In this document: piece after piece, positions 21,101-28,171 of the stretch
Layout of the letters: each line of letters opens with the position of its first letter
How positions within the stretch are numbered: position 1 is the first letter of the stretch
From: an uncultured candidatus Brocadiaceae bacterium
GTDB lineage: Bacteria; Planctomycetota; Brocadiia; SM23-32
NCBI GenBank assembly: GCA_964448935.1
Contig: CAYVBE010000001.1
Span: 9,422-73,421 of the forward strand
Reading direction: 5' to 3'
DNA: 64,000 nucleotides
Made by a program: the position numbers and the translations under genes
Notes under the pieces: generated by a model
What the model was told of the DNA's origin: nothing
Seen by the model: only the letters and a program-made list of their open reading frames with translations
Databases searched by the model: none

Positions 21101-22732
21101 TTGCCGGAGGGGCTAAAGGAGGAATTTGCCGCCCCGCAGGCCACGGCGCAGAAGAAAAGTGAAGCGATAGAGTCCGCGCGCGGTCTCGCAGAGCCCCAGC
21201 AGGCGCTGCGCGAGCAGATGGAGAAGGCGCGCCGGGAGTACAACCAGGCCACGCCGGAGGCTCGCAAGGCGTTTCACGACAAGGCGCCGATCTGGCACAC
21301 CGACCAGGTGAAGAAGTCGCTCCAGCGTGGCAAGCTGGAGGATGCCGCTTCACGGGCGCAGGAGTCTGCTGAGCGCCTGGAGCAGGCGGCTGAGGAGGTC
21401 GGCGAGCAGGCGGAGCAGATGGAGGAAGTTGCCGACAGGCCGAAGAAGGCCGAGGAGGTCGGCCACCTGGCGGAGCAGCAGGAGGAGCTGCGCAGGGAGC
21501 TGGCCGAGCTGAGCGAGAGGCGCGAACGGCTCCGTGAGAACCTGCGCGACCGGCAGTTGGAATGGCTGAAGGCCGAGCAGGCAGCGGTGGCGGAGGAGAC
21601 CGCGAAGCTGGCCTACCGCGCGCAGAACGTCTCGCTACAGGAGGACGGCCTGGAGCGTAACGCCTCGCGCGCGGCCGCCCGCGCCTCGCGTCAGATCGAG
21701 TCCCTGCAGATGCACGAAGCGTCCGATAGCGCCGACCAGGCGGCCCGAGACCTGGATGAGCTGGCGGAGCGATTCGAGGAGAAGGCGGAAGCCATGGCGG
21801 AAGCGGCCCTCGATGAGGCCGCCCCCGACCAGGAGTCCGCTGCGGCGCGAGTCGAGGATACCGCCCGGCACCGTGAGATAGCCGAACAGAGCGCCGCGCT
21901 GGCGGCGCGCGAAGAGGCGGTGGCCCAGGGGCTGGAGGCGCTGGCCGGCGAGCAGCACCCGGCCGTCACGCAGGCCGCGCAGCAGGAGATGACCCGCCGT
22001 GCCCGGACGCTGCAGCAGGGCGCGCAGGGAGTGCGGGACCGCCTGGCCCAGAGTTTCCCGGAGCACAGGGCGCACCAGCAGGCCGCCGAAGGCACGGAGC
22101 GGCTGGAGCAGGCCGCCGAAGCGGCCGAGCAGGCCGAGGATTTCCTGGGCCGGGAGCAGCCCGCCGAGGCCTTGCCCCAACAGCAGCAGGCATCCGACCA
22201 CCTGCAGGCCGCCGCCCGGGCGCTGGAGGATGCGGCGCGTCAATACGACCGCGCGCTGGCCGCTGCCGAAACGCCCGATCTGGCCGCAGCTGCCGCGGAG
22301 GATAGCCAGCCCCTTGCCGCCGCCTATGACGATGCCCACCAGGCGGCGCTCTCGGCGCAGGAGCTGGACACGGCACTGGCTGCCCAACGGCTTGAAGCCG
22401 CTCGGGCGCGCGCTGCCGCGCGGGCGCAACGGATGGACATTGCGCCGTTCTCGCTGTCGCAGCAGAACCTGCCGCAGATGGCGATGAGTCAGGCCGCCGA
22501 CCCTGAAACCGGCATCAAGGCCGTGCCGGCCGAGCAGACGGTGGCGAAGCTGCAGCGTGCCGGCATTGATCTGGATGACTGGGGCCGGCTGCCCAGCCAG
22601 CTTCGCAACGACATCCTGCAGGCGCCCGAGGAGAAGAGCCCCCGGGAGTATCGGGAACTGATCCGACGGTACTTCCGCGAGATCGCCCGCCGGGGGGCCG
22701 AGGAACCGGAGGGCAGGGAGCAAGAGGAATGA
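18113..22732 (+). CDS. 1539-aa membrane-anchored protein with about 1000-aa Ala/Glu/Gln/Lys-rich coiled-coil region (possibly DUF4175-like)
   Basis: N-terminal TM segments. The mid region is beta-rich. Residues from about 520 to the C-terminus are heptad-like low complexity (AEELTRQLREAQKAEGAQ..., EQAAEEVGEQAEQMEE...). ATGA overlaps with both neighbours (18113-18116, 22729-22732). Confidence 0.7.
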   Translation: MTSEAVSGPESTVPRTIVSVLRSVIRRVRFVIGLRGVCVVATATLAALLIVMAVDRSIVILAQWPRWILSLWVLAVAIGSAVFFLIRPLAHSFTLPGIARALELRHPELHERISSAVELLGSHDRPEVRGSEALIAALAEEASRDVRELRPSREVTFRAARPFLLAMAGALAIIVGLLAYWPDQTRRLLARAVAPFANLPNVAAYQLSVRPGDTVSLPDDAVRVELAVCNDRVNKAVLYRVSPDGQRVRSNMTRIADGEEGARRFTVTCPPARADYRYRVRAADALSRYYKVRVVPPPAVEGLTVRYDYPEYVGLEPRVVGGSDGEIEAVEGSRVTVTAALNKTVSKALLMVDDWKEPVAGGTVKEDRDGRVACTFAFELMPGVDGSWRMEIADEHGFRNDQTEYPIRALPDTAPTVRVGHPEKRRIRCRPSDRLPVTYAAVDDFGLGNIELLLKADDGKVRSRVLPLPEEDRGPPLGTSGRETLDFASRAFEGVSKLEFQVAAQDRLPAEDDGPQEGLSRVFTVILQREAPSYTSQLWQEIYREMSVGLEEVLEELKAAKEQSAEARKSMAEESEEAAQKAVEKMNELSEHLTDADSTARELAAEMQPGPYQSVAERLEDVADEHITPAGEAADEMKLNEDAEQRGELADEVDTHVDGAIAAIEEMQQDVEALTEMGERLERLTELTEREKELAQALEEMREDAAQAAMSEEGWEEAQRGLTDEVGRLLEETPGGLQAQATQDRQRLSDYAEEAKRLSEQQGSLAEDAQHESELAEVEKALDELAEKQQKLAEDTGGEKLTRDLKPPMSEVSDRIKQRELEQAQEGQKEAEKELRNRADALQREQKTEDLLPDTKKLAEEQRHLADKVQKLRDTAEQVDVAKKAKPQADRLGREQEQLARRAKNLEDNVAKNEAAAKQGKAKPSQEMDAAARELKQGKAQEASAAAQKAAEKAEELTRQLREAQKAEGAQGVDNLAREADRIADAQAKLAKEMAKLPEGLKEEFAAPQATAQKKSEAIESARGLAEPQQALREQMEKARREYNQATPEARKAFHDKAPIWHTDQVKKSLQRGKLEDAASRAQESAERLEQAAEEVGEQAEQMEEVADRPKKAEEVGHLAEQQEELRRELAELSERRERLRENLRDRQLEWLKAEQAAVAEETAKLAYRAQNVSLQEDGLERNASRAAARASRQIESLQMHEASDSADQAARDLDELAERFEEKAEAMAEAALDEAAPDQESAAARVEDTARHREIAEQSAALAAREEAVAQGLEALAGEQHPAVTQAAQQEMTRRARTLQQGAQGVRDRLAQSFPEHRAHQQAAEGTERLEQAAEAAEQAEDFLGREQPAEALPQQQQASDHLQAAARALEDAARQYDRALAAAETPDLAAAAAEDSQPLAAAYDDAHQAALSAQELDTALAAQRLEAARARAAARAQRMDIAPFSLSQQNLPQMAMSQAADPETGIKAVPAEQTVAKLQRAGIDLDDWGRLPSQLRNDILQAPEEKSPREYRELIRRYFREIARRGAEEPEGREQEE
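19690..22700 (+). repeat. protein-level low-complexity/coiled-coil coding region (A/E/Q/K/R/L rich)
   Basis: About 3 kb of coding sequence that translates to continuous charged, Ala-rich heptad-like sequence. There are no exact DNA repeats, only compositional periodicity. Confidence 0.6.
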
Positions 22733-23790
22733 GTTTTCTGTGGCATTACAGTAAGTACGCGGCCTGCGTCGGCGTGGCTTTTGCCGCGCTCCTGGCGCTG
22801 GGGGCCGGCGAGCCGGCGCCGGACGAGGACTCCCTGAAGCAATACGAGGAAAAGACCGACCGGGCCGTTGATCTGGGCCTGAAGTTCCTGGCCTCACAGC
22901 AGCAGAACGACGGCGCCTTCCGGGGCAAATGGACCCACAACACCGGCATTGCTTCACTCTGCGTGATGGCGTTCCTCGCCGGGGGCTACACGCCGGGCAC
23001 CGGTCCGCACGGGGAGACCATCAACAAGGGCATTGATTACGTGCTGAGCGCCCAGAACAAGGACGGCATGATCCTGGGGCGCCAGAAGAGCCACGGGGGC
23101 ATGTACAGCCACTCCATCTCCACTCTGCTGCTCTCCGAGGTGTCGGGCATGGTGGATGGGGAGCGGCAGAAGAAGATTGACGAAGCATTGCCCAGGGCTC
23201 TGCACATCATCCTGTCGGCGCAGAAACTCGACAAGAACAATCGGTTCGACGGCGGGTGGCGCTATAACTCCAACAGCCGCGACAGCGACATCTCCTGCAC
23301 CGGCTGGCCTTTGATGGCGCTGCGGTCGGCGCGCAACAACGGCGCAGCGGTCCCGAAGGACGCCATCGAGAACGGCCTGAAATTCGTGCTGAACTGCCGC
23401 AGCGGTGATGGCGGGTTCGCCTATCAGCCGGGCAGAGGTTCGGGAGTGGCCAGGACGGGCACCGCGCTGCTGTGCCTTGAGCTCTGTGGCATGCACGAGA
23501 GCAAGGAGGCGCAAGGGGCGGCCGAATACCTGCTCAAACACGGGCACGACAATAGCTGGTTCTACTACGGCATCTACTACTGCGCGCAGGGCATGTACCA
23601 GCTCGGCGGCCGCTACTGGCAGGAGTACGGCCCGTCCATCTTCAAGACGCTTCTGGACAGGCAGAACGATGAGGGCTCCTGGCCGGACAACTCGGGCGGC
23701 GGGGGCCGCGCCGGCAAGAGCTACTCCACCGCCATGTCCGTCCTCGCCCTCAGCGTTCCCTACTGCCAGTTGCCCATCTACCAGCGCTGA
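22729..23790 (+). CDS. secreted prenyltransferase/squalene-oxidase (terpene-cyclase-like alpha/alpha-toroid) repeat protein, paralog 1
   Basis: Signal peptide, then repeated QxxDGGF/GGW motifs (QQQNDGAFRG, SAQNKDGMILG, NRFDGGWRYN, RSGDGGFAYQ, RQNDEGSWPD) characteristic of the SQHop-cyclase/prenyltransferase repeat fold. It is the last, translationally coupled gene of the MoxR/BatA operon. Confidence 0.8.
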   Translation: MSFLWHYSKYAACVGVAFAALLALGAGEPAPDEDSLKQYEEKTDRAVDLGLKFLASQQQNDGAFRGKWTHNTGIASLCVMAFLAGGYTPGTGPHGETINKGIDYVLSAQNKDGMILGRQKSHGGMYSHSISTLLLSEVSGMVDGERQKKIDEALPRALHIILSAQKLDKNNRFDGGWRYNSNSRDSDISCTGWPLMALRSARNNGAAVPKDAIENGLKFVLNCRSGDGGFAYQPGRGSGVARTGTALLCLELCGMHESKEAQGAAEYLLKHGHDNSWFYYGIYYCAQGMYQLGGRYWQEYGPSIFKTLLDRQNDEGSWPDNSGGGGRAGKSYSTAMSVLALSVPYCQLPIYQR

Positions 23791-23800
23791 CGGGGCCCGG

Positions 23801-24565
23801 TCAGCCGGTCGGATAGCCCGCCTTGCTCAGGATGCCGGCCACCGAACGGCTGGCGGGGGAGTCCTCGGGCAATTCCAGCAGGGACCGGCCCTCCCAGTCG
23901 AACTGCGGCACGGCTTCGTCCGCCTCGACGCGTCCCAGGAAGGTCGCCCCGTCCGGGCTCTCCACCCGGTCTTCCATCTCCGGCGTAAACCGGTAGTTTC
24001 CGACCAGATACATGTTCTCGAACCTTACCCCGATCTCGTCGGCAATCTCGATCAGGCGGCGGGCGTTGCGCACGGCCTTGGCGCTGGGGTCTATCATCAC
24101 GAACATGTCCTTCACGTCCCGCACCACGCGGCGGTTCACGTGTTCCAGTCCCGCCGGGGAGTCCAGGAGGGCGTAATCATAGTTCTTCGCCAGTGTCGGC
24201 AGCAGGCCCTGCAGGATATTGTTCGGCTGGCAGTAGCAGCCGCGGGTCCACTTGACCCCCAGCGTCACCAGATCGAACCCTTCGGCTTCGTACAGGCAGT
24301 CCATGCCGACCAGATACTCCATCTTCTGCGCCAGCGGCATCGAGCCCAGCTCCTCGTAGGCGTCCGGCTTCTGCAGCTTGTAGAGCACATCCGAGATGGT
24401 GTTGATCCCCTGTTCCTGAAGGTCCACGCCCAGCAGTTGCGCCAGGCTCTGGTCCGGGTCGGCGTCTATCAGCAGCGGCGCCGGGGGCAGGTGCCGCACG
24501 GCCAGCGCCGCGAAGGTGCTCTTGCCGGCTCCGCCCCGGCCGGTCACTACGGTCATCTTGGCCAT
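23801..24565 (-). CDS. CooC/AcsF-like MinD-family ATPase (CXC nickel-insertion accessory family)
   Basis: Deviant Walker A VTGRGGAGKST. The conserved CXC motif (TRGCYCQPNN) is typical of CO-dehydrogenase maturation factor CooC. GGAGGAcgtg precedes the ATG at 24565. Confidence 0.7.
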   Translation of the reverse strand: MAKMTVVTGRGGAGKSTFAALAVRHLPPAPLLIDADPDQSLAQLLGVDLQEQGINTISDVLYKLQKPDAYEELGSMPLAQKMEYLVGMDCLYEAEGFDLVTLGVKWTRGCYCQPNNILQGLLPTLAKNYDYALLDSPAGLEHVNRRVVRDVKDMFVMIDPSAKAVRNARRLIEIADEIGVRFENMYLVGNYRFTPEMEDRVESPDGATFLGRVEADEAVPQFDWEGRSLLELPEDSPASRSVAGILSKAGYPTG

Positions 24566-24600
24566 CACGTCCTCCGTGTTCTGCGGTTCCTTGTCTTACG

Positions 24601-25953
24601 TCACTTTTGCCCCGCTGCTGCAACGGTCTGTAGCTGCTCGTGCTCGAACTTGTGCGCCCGGCGGTTCTCCTCCTCCGGGTCGCATATCCGCCGCAGCTCC
24701 GCCTCCAACTCCTCGGCAATCTCCGGACGCGTTCCGTAAGCGTTCTCCAACTCCTCGGGGTCCTCCCGCAGGTTGAACAGCAGGTGGGGCGCCTCAATGC
24801 AGTATATCAGTTTCCAATCGCCTTTGCGGACCATATAGGCGCCGGAGCGCGTGCCGTGGCCGTGGTATTCGCAGAACGCCACGGACTCGGGGTCCCCCGC
24901 ACGGTCGCTCAAGGGCGTGCCGCGCCATTTCTCCGGCCTGTGGGCGTCGAAGATGCGGAACAGCTCCGCCTGCAGGTCCAGCAGTCCCACCGGGCTGCCC
25001 ACCCGTTCTCCGGCGTCGAAATCCGGCCCGCGCGCAATCAGCGGGACGCGCGCGGAGTCCTCGTACAGGCTGCACTTCCACCACATGCCGAACTTGCCCA
25101 GCATCTCCCCGTGGTCGGTGGTGTAAACAACGTTCGTTTTGCCGCCGAGTCCGGACTCCTCAAGGGCCTCCATCACGCGGCCCACCTGGCGGTCCACGAA
25201 GGTAACGCACCCCAGGTAGCCGCACCTCAGTCCGCGTATCTGCTCGTCGCTGAAATGGTCCGTCTCGAAGTGGTCGCGCAGGTCACGCGCGTAGGCATGG
25301 TTGGCCGAGGCGCACTCGCCCCCGTGCGCCGGCAGGTCGCCGTGCCCTTCGTAGAGGTCCCATAGCTCCTGCGTCACGTAGTGCGGAAAATGCGGCTTGC
25401 CCGTGTTCACCACCAGCAGCCAGGGCCTGTCCAGCCCGGGCGCCGTTTGGTTAAGCCACTCCACCGCTGCGTCCACACGTCGAAGGTCGCCGCCAAACGG
25501 GTCTTCGCGCGGCCCGAAGCCGTCGGCCCGGCCGGCGGAGCCCTCCCGGATGGAAAGGGGAGTGCGCCCGTGATTCGTGTCCCCCGGCCAGCCGCGGTCC
25601 CCGGGCAGGATCATTTCCGAGAAGCCCAGGTTCTCGCCGCGGTCGTACACGTCCACCTTGCCGATGTAGGCGGTATGGACACCTTGCTCCGCCAGCACAC
25701 GACCGTAGCTCGGCAGGTCTGATCTCAGGTTCACGGTGCAATTACTGTAAGTCTGCGTCTCGTGCACGTAGCGCCCGCTCATGAACGAGGAGCGGCTGGG
25801 CAGACAGAGGGGCGACTGGCAGTAGGCGTTCTCGTAAACCGTCCCCGAATCCGCCAGCCGCTGCAGATTGGGCGTCACCACGTCCTCGTGCCCGTAAGGA
25901 CTGCTGAAGCGCGGGTTGTGCTCGTCCGACATGAAAACCACAACGTTGCTCAA
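24601..25953 (-). CDS. arylsulfatase-family sulfatase, no signal peptide (predicted cytoplasmic)
   Basis: VVFMSDEHNP...CQSPLCLPSRSSFMSGRY carries the CxPxR formylglycine motif, with the full sulfatase fold downstream. The likely start is the TTG at 25953, preceded by GGGAGGAGGA-cgcacc. No hydrophobic leader is present. Confidence 0.85.
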   Translation of the reverse strand: MSNVVVFMSDEHNPRFSSPYGHEDVVTPNLQRLADSGTVYENAYCQSPLCLPSRSSFMSGRYVHETQTYSNCTVNLRSDLPSYGRVLAEQGVHTAYIGKVDVYDRGENLGFSEMILPGDRGWPGDTNHGRTPLSIREGSAGRADGFGPREDPFGGDLRRVDAAVEWLNQTAPGLDRPWLLVVNTGKPHFPHYVTQELWDLYEGHGDLPAHGGECASANHAYARDLRDHFETDHFSDEQIRGLRCGYLGCVTFVDRQVGRVMEALEESGLGGKTNVVYTTDHGEMLGKFGMWWKCSLYEDSARVPLIARGPDFDAGERVGSPVGLLDLQAELFRIFDAHRPEKWRGTPLSDRAGDPESVAFCEYHGHGTRSGAYMVRKGDWKLIYCIEAPHLLFNLREDPEELENAYGTRPEIAEELEAELRRICDPEEENRRAHKFEHEQLQTVAAAGQK

Positions 25954-26406
25954 GGTGCGTCCTCCTCCCGTGTCAGGAAAAGTACAGCATAAGGGCGCAG
26001 CGCCGCCGCCGCAACGGGGCCGCCCTTCGGGCGGCGAGGAAGAATGCGCTGCATTCTTCACTGCGTTGGGTTGCAGACGTTGGCGTTCAAGCCGAAAACG
26101 GCCTCAGGCGAGGGCGCCTGAGGTAAACGAGGTCCCTGCGGCGGACACGGTTGGTGTGTGGCGCAGCCGCCCTCGGCGGCAGTCGTTGCCGTCCCGTCCG
26201 TGTTTGTCCGTGTGGCGTCATTCCGCTGTGGAGCGGAATTGTGCGTTTGTGCGCCACCCGACCGTGATGTAGAATCACGCCAGCGAAAAACGAGGCTCAA
26301 AGGTATCCTGGTGTTGGCCGCGATCATCGTTCCGTTTGTGGCATCCGCTTTGAGGCTGGTCGTCATACTGCACGCGGTGTGCTCTGGCATCACGGGAGAA
26401 AACGAC

Positions 26407-26438
26407 TTGACTTCGATGGACTTAACGTGTAGGTTAAG
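26407..26438 (+). promoter_or_regulatory. candidate sigma70-like promoter plus palindromic operator of the toxin-antitoxin operon
   Basis: TTGACT (26407-12), a 17-nt spacer, then TAGGTT (26430-35). The -10 is embedded in the inverted repeat CTTAAC-gtgtag-GTTAAG (26421-26438), immediately upstream of the toxin start. Confidence 0.45.
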
Positions 26439-26440
26439 GC

Positions 26441-26833
26441 GTGATGGCGCAAGGCGGCGACAGGCAAGGAAAGTGGCGGATCGTGGAGTTCCCGGCGGAT
26501 GAGCGTCCCATCTCGCGTTTTATGAGCGAGAGGCTCCAAGAGGAGCAGTTAAAGGTCGTTGCGGCCTATCTCAGAAAATGCAAACAACATCCGAAGGGGC
26601 CATTCTGGAATTCCTACAAGTTCAAGAAACTGAGTGGGTCGGAGAATATCTGGGAGAGGAAACCCGGTGGCCAGGTCCGTCTTCTCGGTTTCTTCGACCC
26701 CGACGAGAGGCGTGTTTTTGTTCTCACAAACGGTTTTGTCAAGAAGCAAGACCGAACTCCGCGACGGGAGATTGAGCGGGCCGAAAAAGCGCATAGGCGG
26801 TTGATCCGGGCCCGAGAAGGGAGAGGGAAATGA
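26441..26833 (+). CDS. type II toxin, HigB/RelE-ParE superfamily (phage Gp49-like, DUF891)
   Basis: WRIVEF...FWNSYKFKKLSGSENIWERKPGGQVRLLGFFDPDERRVFVLTNGFVKKQDRTPRREIERAEK matches Gp49-like/HigB toxins. It is 130 aa and overlaps the downstream HTH gene by ATGA. Confidence 0.8.
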   Translation: MMAQGGDRQGKWRIVEFPADERPISRFMSERLQEEQLKVVAAYLRKCKQHPKGPFWNSYKFKKLSGSENIWERKPGGQVRLLGFFDPDERRVFVLTNGFVKKQDRTPRREIERAEKAHRRLIRAREGRGK

Positions 26834-27114
26834 GCACGAACGATCTCGGACCTTTGCTCGATGAGTTTCACGACCGGTTCAAAGACGACGCGACTTATCG
26901 GGCGCAATCCCTGTACAACGATATAACAGCGGATATCCTGAGTCATATGGACAAGCACGGCATCAGCCGGGCCGAACTCGCCCGCAGGATGGGCGTGTCG
27001 GAGGCACGCGTTTCGCAGATTTTCGGTGAGACCCAGAACTTTACGTTGGAAACCCTGGCCAGAATGGCGGCGGCTCTTGGGCTCGATCTGAAGGTCACCG
27101 TTCGCCAGGCGTAG
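26830..27114 (+). CDS. HTH XRE-family antitoxin (HigA-like)
   Basis: ...ISRAELARRMGVSEARVSQIFGETQNFTLETLARMAAALGLDL is a Cro/C1-type helix-turn-helix. Its position downstream of the toxin is the HigBA gene order. Confidence 0.8.
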   Translation: MSTNDLGPLLDEFHDRFKDDATYRAQSLYNDITADILSHMDKHGISRAELARRMGVSEARVSQIFGETQNFTLETLARMAAALGLDLKVTVRQA

Positions 27115-27196
27115 GAGCGCGCACTGCGATCCGGGGTGCCTCTCTTCACAGGGAGCAGCCGGGACACACTTAGGGGTCTTTCACGGACCGACAGGG

Positions 27197-28150
27197 ATGA
27201 TTGACTGCAAGAGTTGGCGACTCCGCATCGCCGCGATCGGTGCCGGGTGGCATAGCCGCACTTCCCATCTGCCGGCGCTGCGGTGGTGTGTGGCTGAGAA
27301 CGGGGGTGCGTTCACGCTCGCGGCGCTCTGCGACGCTGACGAAGAACGGGCGGCCGCGGCGGCCGGGGAGTTCGGCTTCGGGAAGGCATTTACCGACATC
27401 GAGGAAATGCTGGATCGGGTCCGGCCCGACGCCGTGGTGGCTGTGACGCCGATGGCACTGAACGCGCCCTGTGCGCTGGACCTGATCGAACGAGGCATTC
27501 CGGCGCTCATCGAGAAGCCGCCGGGGGCGACCCCGGAGGAGGCGCGGGCTCTGGCGCGGGCGGCCGCCGAGGCGGACATGCCGGTCATGGTCAGCATGAA
27601 TCGCCGGTTCGATCCCTCCCTGACCGCCGGCGTGGCCTGGATGGGGGAGAGGCCCGTTCATTACGTGCGCGGCGCCATGCTGCGCCCGAACCGGACGAAC
27701 CCTGAGTTCATGACGGGCACGGGTATCCACGCCGTGGACGCCGTCCGCGCGCTGGGCGGGGATGTGGCAGCGTCCGACCGCCGCACGATGGACGTGAACG
27801 GTATCACCTGGTACTCTGTATCTCTGGAGTTCGAGGGCGGCGCCTCGGGCACGCTGGAGGTCATACCCACCGCCGGCGTGGCGGAGGAGAAGTACGAACT
27901 GTTCGGCGACCGCCGGCGGGTCGTTATCCGCACCGGGACGCAGGACCGCGGGGACCTGACGTGCTGGGACGCCGGAGATCTCGCGCTGCACACGGACCCA
28001 GCCGAGGGAGAGCCGCTTTTTGTGCGCGACGGGACGTATGCCGAGACGTGCGAGTTTCTGAACGCGCTTCTGGAGGGCCGCAGGCCGCATCCCACGCCGC
28101 AGGACGTTCTGCAGTCGGTGGAGCTGTGCCACCTGTGGCGAGGGGAGTAA
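27197..28150 (+). CDS. Gfo/Idh/MocA-family NAD(P)-dependent oxidoreductase
   Basis: N-terminal Rossmann LRIAAIGAGWHS..., ...DAVVAVTPMALNAPCALDLIERGIPALIEKP, 317 aa. Confidence 0.85.
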   Translation: MIDCKSWRLRIAAIGAGWHSRTSHLPALRWCVAENGGAFTLAALCDADEERAAAAAGEFGFGKAFTDIEEMLDRVRPDAVVAVTPMALNAPCALDLIERGIPALIEKPPGATPEEARALARAAAEADMPVMVSMNRRFDPSLTAGVAWMGERPVHYVRGAMLRPNRTNPEFMTGTGIHAVDAVRALGGDVAASDRRTMDVNGITWYSVSLEFEGGASGTLEVIPTAGVAEEKYELFGDRRRVVIRTGTQDRGDLTCWDAGDLALHTDPAEGEPLFVRDGTYAETCEFLNALLEGRRPHPTPQDVLQSVELCHLWRGE

Positions 28151-28171
28151 ATCAAAAGGGAGTAACCAACG

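Noticed and set aside
26158-26502. 114-aa ORF with a hydrophobic stretch (ILVLAAIIVPFVASALRLVVILHAV) overlapping the toxin promoter
   Set aside because: It has no start with a ribosome-binding site, it overlaps the toxin gene start, and the hydrophobicity is explained by a T-rich second codon position in an AT-richer intergenic region. A small membrane peptide cannot be excluded without expression data.
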